This document shows positions 1 to 13,582 of a stretch of 64,000 nt of DNA, piece after piece. A model generated the notes under the pieces. That model was given only the letters and a program-made list of their open reading frames with translations. It had not been told where the DNA came from and did no database searches. Position numbers and translations under genes: made by a program. The stretch's first letter is position 1. Each line of letters opens with the position of its first letter. Source of the DNA: Raillietiella orientalis (Eukaryota); the NCBI GenBank assembly GCA_036172245.1, contig JAYWIR010000036.1, forward strand, positions 682,001 through 746,000, read 5' to 3'.

Positions 1-1799
1 GTGAGGCAATGCACGAACGTACAGCTCTCTCTAGGATGAGATAGAGAGGGATTCTTGGTAAGATGGGTCAGGAGGTCATCGGCTGACTGGCGGTGGTGAG
101 TTGTAGTTGTAGGTACGATAGGAGTGCGGGTGCGTGAGGTAACAGAAAAGAAATGGTGGGTCTGGAGGCAGTGCGAAGAGTGGTAGTGGTTCATGGGTGA
201 ACGGCCCACCCGGGAGATTGAGGTCTGGGGAGGAGTTCATCATGGTTTGAGGGGTGCCTATGAGGGCGCAAGCCGCGTCGATGTGAGGGTGCACGATGGA
301 GGGAGATGTCTGTGCGGCGGGTGCGGTGAGTTCCGTAGCTCCGGCAAGGTTTCCTATGAGGATTTGGCTATCACAGAGCGGATTGGAGACTGGAGAAGCG
401 GATGGTGGTATTTTGTAGATTGCTGTGGGTGCTTAGAGATGATCATTATTCAGGCACTGTCAACGCTGGAAGGCCCGTGAGCCTCTATGAGAGGGAAGCA
501 GGGTGTAGCATCCCTATTAGGTTGCTTCAGCCAAAGAGACAAGAAGAACGTCGGTCTCCTTTGAGTTTTTCCAGCGTTGATTATTCTTGGATGCTGGAGT
601 AATGAGAGATATGGCGGTTCTCTGTGAATCCTGCGATTCCTGGCAGATCAAAGGCGTCTCCTTTATTCCATCTGGTGGTCAGTATGTGCGCGAGTTCTGG
701 AGATAAGGAGTTCGGTTCTCTTGGATCAGTCATTTGATGCTCTGCGGTGTGCAGCAGCGGCGGAACTGAGACTGATTTTGATGCAATCTGTGGTGGTGAA
801 GATCACCAAAGGTGGGTTATCATGAGCTCAGAACATGGATGCTGGAGGTGATAAAGCAGAATGCATCCATCGCTCAGGGGAAAAAATCCACGTAGAATAT
901 CTGGGAGGTATGCCCATTCCTGCCTAGCAGCGTCATCGCGAGGGTAGGGAAGGAGGATGGGGGTAGGGCGGATCTGCTGCTAGATCAATACAGCTGTGGA
1001 TGTGCTGTTGCCTAGCAGCGTCATCGCGAGGAGCTCGTGGCTAAGCTCTATAGCAGGCCCGTCACTTTCCGCGTGCACGCCGCTTCATCTTTTCCACTGT
1101 CACAGCAACCCGAGCTTCATAACAATAGATGCCTCACTGTTGCCACGATACTCATCACACTGCTACGATGATCAGCGCCCTGCAACCTAAGCAGTCGAGG
1201 GATGGCTCTAGGTGCGTGCCCAACGGCTCTGACGAAGGAATCTCCTCCACGGGAAGTCCCTTCTCTTCGGAAGCTCAATCTCTTTGGATCACACCACCAC
1301 TGGCACATTTCTCCAGGAGTCTCGGATGAAACGGATATGACTCTTTCGTTTGTTTCTTTTCTCTCTCCCGTGGATGGCCCGCGATCAGTTGGAGCAGGGA
1401 ATAGGTGGTTCCACGGGGCCACCTGAGCAGCCCCAGCACATTGCGCACCTCGAACTGCTCCGTGTCTCAACCGAGGCCCGCACGCAGCGTGCGCGTGGCG
1501 CGCGCCACGTGCCATGCAGGAGAAGAGGCAGCAGGTGTGAGGAAGCTGGAAGGTCTGCCGCTTCCGAGGGGCTGCCCAGACAGTGGAGTTTCACGTCCGC
1601 CGGAAGGGACTCGCCAGCCGAGACGGCGGCTCTCGCGTACCGCGGGTCCAGCACGCGCCTTTAGCGGGTGCTGAGCGTTCTGTTTTCCCATCTCTATTTT
1701 TAGCCTCCGAGAGCGAAAGAGTTCGCTAGTCACGTATAAATTCAGGTTGAAAATCCGGCGGCTGTGAGGAAGCGGTCGGATACTCCGCTGAGCGTGGAG

Positions 1800-2640
1800 A
1801 TGGACTGCACTGCGGCGGCCTGGGTCGATGATAGGTGGACTCCCCGGCGTGGGCTGTCGGACGGGAAAGGCAGGGGGGAGGCGTGACGCAGAGCGCGTGG
1901 ACGGGACGGACGTGCTTGTCACGCTCCCTTCCCGAGAGCACCCAGGCAGGAACGAGGGTCACCAAGACGGGCTCCAGACAGGGTCTCGACCACCGCTTCC
2001 GCCGTGTAGTCGTGCAATAGGCCACCCGGTGGAAGAATCGTCCCGCGAGCCTCTCACGAACCGACCTCATTGCCTTCGGGGTTGATGAGCTGCTCTTGAA
2101 TGCCTTGGCGCATCTCAGGCGGCTCAGCGCTCCTGCCGCTATTCCCTCCTTTCCCGAGACCTTTGGGGAAGATAGTTTGAGGAAGAGAGAGCGGATGGGC
2201 CTCCTGCGGGGAAAGAGCGGGTCCTCCGCTCTTCCTGCGAAGGGCGGAGGACCCGGCGGGTGAAGTGCTCTGTGACCGAAGAGGAGCATCGCTGCCGTCT
2301 TCCAGACGACGGAAAGATGCTCATCTTCCTCGGCGCATCCCGGATGCCCGGAGGCGCTCCTCGCGTGCGATGAGGAGGATAGGGGACGTCGCGACAGTGG
2401 CTCATCACGACCGAGGGCCTCCCCTACCACCACCGCGCTGCTCCGCACGGCTCCTCTCAGGACACGCGGGTGGCGGGGGAGAGGGGGGAGCAAGACGCAC
2501 AGGCCGCGCGCGTACGAAGAGCGCAACCTCTCATGTGCGAGAGAACGGGCGCACACCCGGTGGAGAGCCTCCTGGGCGCGCGTTACAAGCCCATCAGCAG
2601 CGGTCTCTTCGCGGTGACGTCGATCCTGCTGCTCCGAGGC
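1800..2640 (+). mobile_element. Highly decayed 3' portion of an L1/Tx1-like LINE ORF2
   Basis: Broken frames give GGLG..DSPAWAV..RQ (~1813-1875), LACDEEDRGR (~2360) and PISSGLFAVTSILLLRGW (~2590-2645). These are collinear with GGIGMKSPAPAVDIMDVRQ, RACGGIDSRRH and PMVRVTIALIITAILVRWW of the LINE at 26.7-27.9 kb. Confidence 0.35.
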
Positions 2641-4842
2641 TGGAGGCAGGCCTAGGGGAAAGGCAGAAGGACTCGTGGTTAGCCAGATAGAAGGGCAGGT
2701 AGTTCTCTCGAAGAAGGGCCAGCCCCCGGGCGAGTCTGATACCACGTGGCTGCCTGCGGCAGGGAAAGGAGGAGGAGTCTCGTCCCTCCGGACAAAGCCG
2801 TCTTGCGAGCGGGAGGACCACCGCTGCCCCTCCTTCCTTGCATGGTTGTCCGGCGATCAGACGTCGGCTGGACAGAAACGAACTTGGGCTTTCCACAAAT
2901 GCTGGCAAAACTGGCTGGGTGCGGCTGACCCCACGAAGCTCCGCGGAAGGAAGGGGAAGGTCGTCTTAGGGGCGCGCACGCCTTCCAGGGGCCCTCGAGG
3001 GTCGGAAGATGACGCCGTCGTTTTCCAGACTGCCGCGAGCGCTTCTGGAGACAGACCGCAGAGTTCGCCTGGACCGAGGGGCGGTTCTCTGGCGTTCACC
3101 TCCACCCCAGGGCAGTCGAGGAGGAAGGTTGGCCGCTGACTCCTCTGTCCGTAGATTCCAGAGAGGGTACCTACGCCGCCCTTGTTCGGCGTACGCCCCG
3201 GTCACGCCCCAGGAGCGGTCTTTGGTTGGCGCGCGAGAGGCCGTGGAAGTGTCACCAGCGCTCCTCGCGGTGTCGCCTGGAAGCGAAGACATGGCGCCCC
3301 GGGGGAAAATCGTTCCCACTCATAACGTAAACCTTGACCGGGAGCTCATCGAAGGCATCTCGCCTTTGCCTCCATCCCCGTCGGCGCACGCTTCCCGCGC
3401 GAGCCTAGGTCCCGGGATGCAGGCATCTCTCGCGGAGCTTCACGTCTGGGACGGCTTGACGTTGCCATTGACCTGGAGATCGCACGGCAACCCTGCACCC
3501 GGAGGGGCCTCAGGGGAAGAATATCTGGCCTCCCTCTCCTCCTTGATCTGGGAGACAGGCCCGAAAAGGAGGGTTCTGAGAATGGAGGGGCATCCGACAG
3601 GGTCAGTGGATGGCCGCGGGCCGGGGCGATGGAATCGGGGCTCCAACCCTCGGTCCAGAGGAGAATCTCCGGACCCAACTTCCCCTTCCGGGAACCGCGC
3701 GTGATACTGTCCTTCGAGCATTGCGGGTGGGCGCGGCTTCTCTCGGGCGGACAGCCACGGCGGTGGTGACCCAAGGAACCCCTCCGTGCCGCCGCCATTG
3801 CAGTGTCCCACCGTTTCCGCGGCAACGGAGTTCGTTCGGCCTCCCTCTTGCTGCTTGCGCCCCTCCCCCCCCTCCCAGGGACGCTCTGGGAGAGCCTGGA
3901 GCGGGGTGGCATCCCTGCTTGCACCAGCCCCCGACCGCCAGGCTTGGCAGGACCCCGCCACTGCTCTCCTCTGCGTTTATTTTTAGAATGTCTCCTCCCC
4001 CGACTACCCCTGGCGAAAATCTCATCCTCCCCCCGGTTCTCTCCTCTTCCCAAGGGAGGCCGCCGGGATCTTGGAAAGAAAAGGGTCCTGGACGGGTCGC
4101 CTACGCGGCCCGGGGGGTTCCACGCAAGAGAGTTGCCATGGTTCCGTCTGCAGCAGGGCGAAGAGGGCCTCTGCCAACTGCCCGGCAGGAACCTTCCCGT
4201 GAAGGACCCCCTGAGGATTCATTGAGTCCATTCGGGACACCCGGGCATTCCTGGAGCTTTTTAATTCTCTTGCTAGAGAGGTGTGGGAGGGCTTGGAGTT
4301 TCGCGTCTCCCCGGCCGGACGGGAATCGCTCCGGGAAGTGCTGTCTAGCGGGGAGAGCCGCTCCCGCCGCTGGGAGCTCTCCCGACTCCCCATCGATTCC
4401 GCCGTCCCTCGTCCGCCGGAGAATCGAGGAGCCGGGGACTCACGGGAGCTGCGGAACAGGCAGACGGGAGGGAAAGGAGCGGCGAAAGGTCGCTCGGGCG
4501 GCTTCCTCCTGGCGCCGCCGCCGCACTCTGGAGCGCATTTTCCCCATCGCTGTCACGGCTGAGCTACCCTGGAGCCTTGCAGTCCGGGTGACCCCCGTGG
4601 TTCGGATCGCCCCCATCTTGCGAGAACGGGTGGTTAGGCTTGCACGGCATTTCTATTTCTTTTTTTATTGGCTTTGTTTTCAGTTCTGGCAGTCCTGAAA
4701 CGTCCCGGAAAGGAAGGGAAGAGAAAAGACGCCGGGATCTGGGATGCTTGGAGGCGCCCTCTCGCGGCCCCTTTGGCCACCTGGCCGAGATGGGGCGCTC
4801 CACCGCCGCCGCGTAGGGTCCTCCGGACCAGCGCAGCGACGG

Positions 4843-7800
4843 CTACCGGGTCCAAGCGCGAAGGGCGGCGGCGACCGCCAACGCGGAGGCCCACGGGCCG
4901 TGTGGGACAGCGCAAGCCGCGCTCCGCTCCTGCACCGCCGCCGTCAGGTGCCCTGCCGACGGGAAGGCACGGGGTGTTCCCGGAAGTCTCCCTCCGCCTG
5001 TCTTCTTGGATGCGCCTCTGGAGACGAACACCAGGACGTGGTCCGACCCCGCGCCCGGCACCTCGCACGAGTAGTTCCCGGAGTCGCCGCTGGTGGCGCT
5101 CGCGATGAAGAGGGTCGTCGTAGTCGCCTCCGTGGCCGTCCTGCTGGCGCTCCTGGCGCCGCCGCCGGCGATCCTGGAACCGTTGCGGTACCAGCTCGCG
5201 TTCGCCCCGTCGGGGTTGTCCTGGAAATGGAGACGCGCGCTTTGCTGTGTATCGCTGGCGGCGCACGCGGTCGCTTCCGCGCGCAGTCTTCCCGGACGAC
5301 CGCACCGTAGCTCTCGCGACTTTCGCAGCAGAGGGTCAGTGAGGAGGAACGAAGGGCGAGGGGAGGAGAGCGCGGAAGGACACAGCCAGGGACTTCCTGA
5401 GGTCACTGGAGCGTCGCGGAAACCGCCAACCTCTCGCCTGCCCTACCCTGAAGCACCATCGCTCGGTTGCCGAGTCCAAATCACGCTGGCAGCCACCGGG
5501 GGGAACCAGCAACCAGGGATATGGAGTGGAGGTGGATGCTGAGAGGAGAGATGCACGTGGAAGTAGCAGAACACCCTCCATCCCCGGGGAGGAGGGCACC
5601 CACTGGGCATCTCGGAGCGAGGAGGTGGCCACTCCGAGATGCCCAGTGGGCGCAGCGACTTAGCTGCCACCGATGGCAGTGACCACAGAGTCCGGGGCGC
5701 GTCCCGCTTGTGGGCGGCAGAGGGAAGGCGAGCGAATAGGCTCTGGGGGTCCCAAAAACCGCTCCTAATGGTTCCCGGAGTATATCCCTGTGGTCCCGGC
5801 AATCTCCTGCGTCCCGTTCGCGCTCCCCTCCCATCTGCTCCTTGTCCCTGGAACGGCGACAAGTGGATGCGTCCAGAAGACTCTTGAGCGCCAACACCGC
5901 CCCGAAGCCCGAGCGTCTCCGGCCCCAGTCGGCGCCGTTTCTCATCCCGGATAGACCTGCTTCTCGTCCCATTCCCAAGTCTCTCCCCTTCTCCTCCCTT
6001 GCGACCAGTTCGACCCCCAGCCGGCCCGCGCTCGCCGATCGCCTTCGAGGCTCATCGGGTCGCGACCCGGACGGGAAGTTTGACGGCCCCACCGCGCGAG
6101 GAACGCCAGTCTGCATCCGTCCGCTCCCTCCCTCTCTAGAGCAGGCTCCCCCACCACGAGCGGCAACGGCCCCTCCCTCACCTTCTCCACGATGCACGTC
6201 AGACACAGCGGGCTGCCCTCGTGGACGAAGAACTCCTTCGTGAGGGTAGAGATGACCACTTTTGGGGAGGCGACCTCCAGCCGGATCAGCTTGAAGAGCA
6301 CGCCTTCCTCCAGAGGGACCTGTCGAGCCCGGAGCGACCACTCCTGCCGGCAGCCTCCCTGGCGCCCGCGGGCGCTCCCTTCGCACCTGGCACTCGTAGT
6401 CTCCCGAGTCGCTCCGCCGCACGTCCCGGATCTGCAGCACCCACTCCTCCGCTCCTTCCTTGTGCAGCACCCGGAACCTGTCGTCCTCGACAAAGATCTC
6501 CTGTCCGGACGCGAGGATGCGGAAGTCCTCCTTCCTCATCCAGGACACCTGGAATCCGCGCCGACCCCTGTCAGCACGTCAGAGGCGGTGACTACCCCCT
6601 CACATGTGCGGAGCCCCTCTTCCTAGCTGAATAAAAGCCGGACGGGATGATCCAAGTGGGGTGCGAGCCCGGAGCACTGGGTTCGGGCACACTAGGAAGG
6701 TAAGAGAAGAGGAAGGGAAGAAGAGAGACATGGGAAAGGGGAAAGGAACTGGATCCTATTCTTCCCCCTGGGTTCATTCTTCCTGTGGAATGCAGGACGA
6801 AAGACCTGTGCGCGAACTCACTTGCGAGAGAGTTTGTCCCTCGGAGCATTCACGCGCGCGTGTGCGCACATGCGAGTTGCGCTCACATCACGACGGCTCG
6901 TCGTCGTGCGCGCGCGCCCGCGAGCAGGCGTGTCGAGAGATCGCCCACAGGGGCGTTCGCCGCATGCGCGCATTGAGCACGCGCGCATGAGTGTAGGTCT
7001 CGAGTAGACCGGGTGGGCGGTGAGCGGACCTTGCACTATGGGGAGACCACCTTCTACAGCGGGAGTTCTTTTCACCCCTACCTTCTCCGCGCATCTCCCA
7101 GAGAGCGTCGCGTTCACCCGCGCTTCGTGCGCGGGCAGCTGCGTCCGCGTCTGCAGTACGGGTGACCTGTGTTCTTGCACTTGGAAAGAGCTGCCGAGGA
7201 AGGGTAAGAGGGATGCACGGGACATCCCCATCCCTTCCCTTGGCACAGTCTTGTTCTGTCTGGGAGCTCCGCTTTGCGGTCTACACGTGGCGGTGACCAT
7301 CCTTCCGCCATCCGTCCGCGAGCGTCGAGTTACGGCTGACCAGCCGCCAACCTGACCTGTTTCCCAGTATAAAGGATCAGAATCCTGTCCGGGCGTCCCT
7401 GACTCGCGGCCGTCCTCCGGAAGTCCGACGAGTGGGTCGCTCCGATTCCCACCTCCGTTTTGATTCCCCGGGCAACTTGGGGTAGCCAGAGACCCCTGCA
7501 CTCACCGTCCTGTCCCCGAGGTTCCAGATTCGGCAGCGCAGGAAGACGGTGCTCCGCGCCTGAGTCGCGATCAGCGCCTCCGCGGGGTCCTGAAGCAGCA
7601 CCGGCTGCAGTGATCTCGCGGAGAAGTCGCTGGGAGACAGCCACTGCTGCAGCACGCTGGCGTCGTCGTCCGCGTCGCCTCCCTCGTACCCTCCTCCTGG
7701 AAGGAAAGTGTCCGTGGCGAGTTGAAGCGCTCCTGAAGGGCAACGCGAGGGGCGGCGTGGATCTTCTCGCCCCGGAAACGACTCGAACGCGAGGCACGTG

Positions 7801-8496
7801 GCCATGGAAGACGCGCTCTCCTCCCCCCCTTCCAGTCCTTCCCTGCCACATCCCCGATAGCGAAGAGCCAGGGGATCTTGTGCGTCTCTCCGAACGCGAG
7901 GAACGCCTCCGCCTTCCTCTGCCTTCGCCATCCGTAGGAAGGGATGCGCAGAGGGAGACGGTCGTCCTTGGGTCGCCTGGGAGAGGTGGCGATGCCCATC
8001 TCCCTCTCCGCGCCGGATAGGCAGCAGCCGCGTGCGGCCTATCACGGAAAGCTGGTGGGGACAGGAGAGCAAAGCTCGAAGGAGGGAAGGCACGATGGCG
8101 ACCTGCTCCGAAGATACGGAGTCGCGAGCGCGCGTTGCCGTGGCTACGCCCGGCAGGAAGCCAGAAGGAAAGAAACCGCCATCGTTTTCCCTCCCTCTTC
8201 CCCGGTATCTCAGGCCGCTGTGACGTCTCGGAACGCTTTGCGGGAGAGCAGCGAAGAAAGGAGAGGCTAAGCACGGGAGAGCCAAGGTTTGTGGAAAGAA
8301 TGCCCTTCCTTGGAGTACCGCTATCGCAAAGAGTCCGAGCACGACCTCAGGCAGTGCCCGGATATTGCAAAAGAAAGGAGAGGCTGGAAGGCTGCTCTTC
8401 CCCGCAGAGAAACGCACGGATGCCCCCAGGAGGCTGGGGGAGCCGGGTACCTGGTCGTTCCCTAAGGGCAGGGAGAAGGAGGAGGATCCTCAGCAT
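4843..8496 (-). CDS. dpr: Dpr-family (defective proboscis extension response-like) two-Ig-domain cell-surface protein, multi-exon
   Basis: Phase-compatible GT-AG exons: 8496-8451 (MLRILLLLPAL, signal-like), 7696-7506 (TVFLRCRIWNLGDRT), 6548-6387 (VSWMRKEDFRILASG..DDRF..WVLQIRDVRRSDSGDYECQ), 6319-6182 (FVHEGSPLCLTC) and 5220-4843 (WYRNG..LFIASATSGDSGNYSC, hydrophobic GPI-like tail, TAG). Start could be the in-frame ATG at 8604. Symbol is family-level only. Confidence 0.85.
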
Positions 8497-10069
8497 CCCC
8501 AGACGACTCAGTCCGGACAGCGCGGCGCTCCTGCTGCTGCTCCTTCCTTTCCCGAGACCTGAAGGGAGACAGGGGTGAGGAGGGGAGAGCCAATGGGACT
8601 CCATGCGGGGGGAAGGGGCGGAGGACCGGCGGACGGGGACAACTCGTGGGAGGCGCCCGTCCGGAAGAACCCAGACAGGTGCCACTCCCTCTCCAGGAAG
8701 GGTCGGTGGCTTTCTGACCCCAGGGAGGGGATCATCCAGTGGCCTTGGCGGGTGCAACAGAGAGAAGGGAGATGAGCCTCCCCCCTGAGACCCGTCCCCA
8801 TGCAAATCCTGTCTTCTCCTGAAGACGCGGGATGGACCCGCCTCTTCGCCATGCGTCATGGGTCGCGCACATGGGCCGAGGGCCAGTCAGACAGGAGTTT
8901 CCGACCGGCCCTCGGCCCAGGCGGCTGCTGTAGGCCCGAGGAAACTCCCTGGCGGAAAGAGGTGCCGTGGCAACGCCTTCGGGTCATTGGACGGGCACTA
9001 CCGGAAGGGTCGGGGAATTCCCGGGAGCTGGACGTCCTTCGTTGCCTATCCACTGCCCCCGAAGTGCTACAGGGACGGCCGGTTTCGTCGCGCGTCGCCC
9101 GAAAGGATTGCGCGTCCGCAGCCATTCCCCGTTGTCCTGGCAACGTCCTCTCTTCGCACGGTTCGGCGCAGCCCCCTCTGGCTCGGAGCATGCGCCAAGG
9201 GCGCGCCGCCCCCAACCCCGATTTTTCCGGAGGGCGCATGGACGGAGTGAGGGATCCGTTCGCAGCGCCAGGGACGCGCAGCTTCACCGAGGCATGGCGC
9301 AAGCCTCGTCCCTCCGCACGAGCAGGAGCCACCCTCTCCTGTGCCACCGCCGCCTCTGCGATCTTACGGAGTGTCCACGGCGCGGCTGCCGACCACATGA
9401 GTCCCCCCTCCCTCCCCTTCTCCACTCTATCCTCCGAGGTCCCTCTCGTTCCCCCTGCTCCCGATACGTACGCAAGCCGGTAGGTTGTCCGTGGCGTCTG
9501 GGAGGACGAGGCGGCAGCGGTTGCTGGGGACGCTATTGCACCCTTCCTGGGGGAGTGGGCGGGCCAGGTCTGGTCCTTCCCTCCGGTCCCGCGACCGCCG
9601 GCCCCTCTTCTGGGCAGGTCAGCACACGTCAGTCGTCCCGGAAGACGGCGGTCCCCGGAGGAACCGACTCCCGGGACTCGAGATCAGCCCCTCCCTCGCC
9701 GACCGGCGCGCGGCGGCGATTGAGCGCCTCCGCCACCGACCGGTTCGGAATCGGGAAGCTGCTCAGTGTCGACCCGCTCCTCGCAACGGCGCAGCCGCGA
9801 CTCGCACCGAAGGGAGGAGGCTGGGAGCGCCCTGCGGCTTTTCGGCGGGATGCCTCGTGCTCGGGCAAGGAGGTTGCCCTTCGGCGTCCGCTGCAGTGTG
9901 GCGGCGCTGCCATCGGCCAGGCAGGTCGATGGCAGAGAGCCACCGGCCCTCTCTCGTACCTCCTGGAGTCACGAGTTTGTGGCGGGGGTCGCGCCTAATT
10001 CCCCTCACCTTTCCCTCACTTATCTCCTTCCTCTTCATCGTCTTCTCCATATTCACCTTGGGAGAAGCG

Positions 10070-12130
10070 TAAAGACGACCCGAGGCTGCCTCCACGACCG
10101 TCTCCTCCCATTCCGGCGGGAGACGATGGCGATGGTATGATGGTGGACCAAGGATGAGCAGCCGAGCCCCGTCGTGCCTACGACCCACCTCGACCACATC
10201 TTGACTCTCGGCTCGGTCCAGACAGTCACCGGCACCCCTTTATCTCCCGCCCTGCAGCTACGGAAATCTCCCTCCTGCCATCTTTCCCAAAGCTCGCTCC
10301 CGTCCTAATAGCTCGAGGGCTGTGCCCTTCGGGATCCTTCGGGCCGTTTCTACTGCTGCTTAATCTCCGCTTTTTGGGATCCTGGATCTCCCGCCTGCTG
10401 GGGGTTGCGGCCGCAACAGCGAGCGGGTTCATCTTCCTTGTTTCCGGAGCCTCTGCACAAAATCCCTGCTTTCCTGGATTATTTCCCCGAGGTCAACCGG
10501 CTATCCTTGCTTGACGCCGACCCCCGAAAGTTCCCGCCTTCCACCTGCGAGCAAAGGACTGATCGGAAAGCCGACTTCCTTCGAAAGGTATGCCACCTCG
10601 GGGCCAATTCTGGAAGTGCAGCCTTCCGCACGAGTGGTGAAGATGGCGCTCCGGAGAAGAACGACTGCATTCAGCGAGAGCCTGTCTCTACGCTCCGCTA
10701 GCCCACCCCCTCCACGGTGGATGGAAGGACTTTCCTTGAGCAGCCGGATTCCCCCGGAGCACCGGCACACCGCAGCCCAGCAGCAGCAGTTCGATTTCCC
10801 CACACGACAGTGCGGGGGCGACTGATGGAGCATTCCGCTCCCGTTTCTTCTCTCTCTACACCTTCTCCCTCCGGCTGGATCAGGACCAATTCCTCCAAGC
10901 AAAGCGGGCCGCAGCAATCATTTGCACCCAGAGAGCCGTCCTCACACCGCTCGAGGAGGAACGGGAGAACACTCTATCAGGGAGGGGCCAGCGACTCGTT
11001 CCCCCTGCCTCTAGGGAAAGTCTGCTCCCAGGCAACGACCGCTTTGGCTGCAGGCATTGACCTGGGAGAGAAAATAGGTGGCCAGGCAAGGGATGCGAAG
11101 ACGCTGAGTGGTGTCCCGTGTTCTTGTAGTCTTTCTCCGACTCCGCCGTGTCGTTTTAAGAGGGCGCGCAAGACAGGTCCCGCCTGGTCCTGACCGATAC
11201 GTCGAGGGCTCGACCGGAATCCGAAGCTCTTGCTCGCTCTTTCATTTCCTCCCTCTCTCCCTTTGAACTTGGTTTTCCCAAGAACAGCGTCGGCTCCCTT
11301 CAGATCACGCCGACACAACTCTTCCAGCTCCACAGCAGGCAATGGAAAGGGAGAGGGAGGATGGGAGGGGGGGGGGGGACAGAAAGGCACCTCAGCACTG
11401 TGCGGAGGCACTGCGATGGCAGGAGCACTTCGAGGATCACGAGCGCCGTGAAACGCTGCTGAGGACCTAATGCTCCTTCCTCGCTGCGAGCTGGAGGAAG
11501 GCGTAGGTGTCGGAGCCACAGTTCAGACGGAGGGGGAGGTTGCTGCAGGGGACCCTGTGCTGGGAAGCACACCGCTGCGAGTCGCCGTGGCAACGAAACT
11601 CGAGAGTCCTCTTGCGGGGGCTGGTGCTCCCTCCGTTCAATCCTTCCACTCCTCAGGAAGCAAGTTGGAGTACTCAGCACCGGCTGAGTGGGCAGGATGT
11701 TCGAGAGGGACTGGTGAAAAAAATTCCTTTTTCATTCCCTGGGATAAATCGGGAAGCTGAATCCAGCCGGAAGGAGTGAAGAAAGAGGACACCGGCCTTG
11801 CATCTACAGGTGTCACCGGGGAGCGTTCGCGCCAGGGTGTGCTGCAGATTCTTCTAGTCCCGCGGACCATAGGTGTGTCCCCTGGGCAATTGTGTTCCCC
11901 CCCTTCCCAAGCAGGAAGAACTGCTTCTTGGATTCATGGGATGGATAAACCCTATCTCGGCAGCGAGCCAACGGTCACGATCACGTGAGCGAGATTGCAG
12001 CCTCCTGCTGAGCGGGCGGGTTGGTTATCCCTTCCGCCAGTACATCAAGGACAGCAGTCGCCAACGCAGCCCACAGGCGGCAGCTTCTTGAGATCAGCGG
12101 CGTTTCGGGGCAATTCTGATGAAGTCGGAG
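10070..12130 (+). mobile_element. Scattered degenerate piggyBac-like transposase fragments
   Basis: LHKIPAFLDYF (~10452) resembles L(Y/H)KIRPFLD. DCSLLLSGRVGYPFRQYIK (~11992-12050) resembles IDESL..KGR..FRQYI. FRRETMAMV.W.KD..TTH (~10110-10190) resembles the W.DK..LSTxH motif. No TIRs or TTAA boundaries were found and the fragments are out of order. Confidence 0.3.
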
Positions 12131-13550
12131 GTCCTCGCTGAAGCTCTTTGCTCCCGCTTTCGTCTGCAGCCGCCCCCTAGAGAGCACCCTACCACAGCCA
12201 CCTTCTTTCCCCCTTCCCCCAGCGTTGGAAGTGTAATCTCTGGTTTGACATGAAAATCCATGCTTTAATTCAGAAAAAAGGAAGGGGAAAGAAAGGAAAG
12301 GAAGGGAAATGGAAGAAAAGAAAGCACGATGCTGGGCAGCGCAAGAGACAGACCGTCGGGAATGAGAAGTCTCACCTTTCAAGCACCAGGTGCGCCCGTT
12401 GCCTGCGCCGCATCCACTCAGCAGCTCTCATTTTCCAGGCTGCTTCTCTTCCTCGATGCCAGATGTCGAGGTGCAGAGAGGAGTCTCACGGAGGCCGGAG
12501 AACGGGGGAAAAACCTGGATCTCGTGAAAAGTTTGCCATGCGTCAAGGAGGTATCTCACACGATCCTCTGGGAAAGGTGCATCCTGACAGGGCAGCTCGG
12601 CAGACACTGAAAGGATCTACAGGACGGGCAAGTGAAGGCTCGCCTGCATGAGGACACGGTCGGGGAGACAATGGCGAACAAAACGAAAAACGAAATCAGG
12701 AAAGGGAAGGAGAGGGGAAGCAGTCGGCAAAAATGGCGCGCGTGGTGAGACCACATGATTGTCCGACAATGCTGCCCCCTAGTCGCGTTTTTCCTCCTGC
12801 CTTTTCCGTCCAGTACCAGACTTTGAAGAGCACGAAGGAAATCGAAGCGTGCCGTTTCTGTGTTTGCACCAGTGTGTAGCTTCAAGAAGCTGCCTCTCGA
12901 GCCCAATGGAACCTTCCGACGAGAAGTCCACCTTGGTGAGAGGGCACCGTGAGCAGGGATGCGTGGTCCTGCTGCGCATTGTGTTGTAGTTGTGCGAGGA
13001 TGGACCCGTGAACCTGTCGCCTCTGCATCGCCCACACTGGGATGTGGTCGCTGCGCCGACCCCGCGTCGTTTCCTCCTGAGACTTCCGGGATCCTCTCCA
13101 TTCCTCCTCTCCCTCCTTCCTCTTCTGCAAAGGCGTCTCTCTGCGACCGGGACGACCTGGACGATGCAGCCCACTCCATTTCGGCATTGCTGCCACTCGT
13201 TCGCCCATCGGAGCGCAGGAATTCGTAGACCGCGTTTTTGTACGGCTCTCTGTTCTTTTTTTCGGAAAGGGGGATCCGGAAGGTGGCCTTTAGCAGTGCG
13301 CACATAGCAATGTCGAGCCCTGGTCCCCGGTGATGCATTTCTGGGAGGTGCTCGGTGTCGGCATGGCAACCAGGGCGCAGTGCAAGCCATTGCGGAGGCA
13401 AACAGTAAATCTGCCGGCGTTGCCACACTTGCTAGCCACCCAAGGGATTTTCCTGATGAATAAGGGATTCGTCGACTCTGCCCTCGGGGCGGCGAATGTT
13501 TGATCAGTGGAAGCGAAGTGAAAGGGAGGGAGAGGGGGAAGGAAAGGAGA

Positions 13551-13582
13551 ATCGCTTCTCGGTCTTCTGGCTAAGATCAAAG
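13551..13582 (+). pseudogene. U2 snRNA 5' fragment (nt 1-32)
   Basis: ATCGCTTCTCGGTCTTCTGGCTAAGATCAAAG matches the arthropod U2 5' end (ATCGCTTCTCGGCCTTATGGCTAAGATCAAAG) with 2 mismatches. The remainder of U2 is absent. Confidence 0.85.

Noticed and set aside
6845..6990. (GC)n/(GT)n-rich quasi-palindromic stretch in a dpr intron
   Set aside because: Low-complexity alternating purine-pyrimidine sequence with no defined element or RNA motif.
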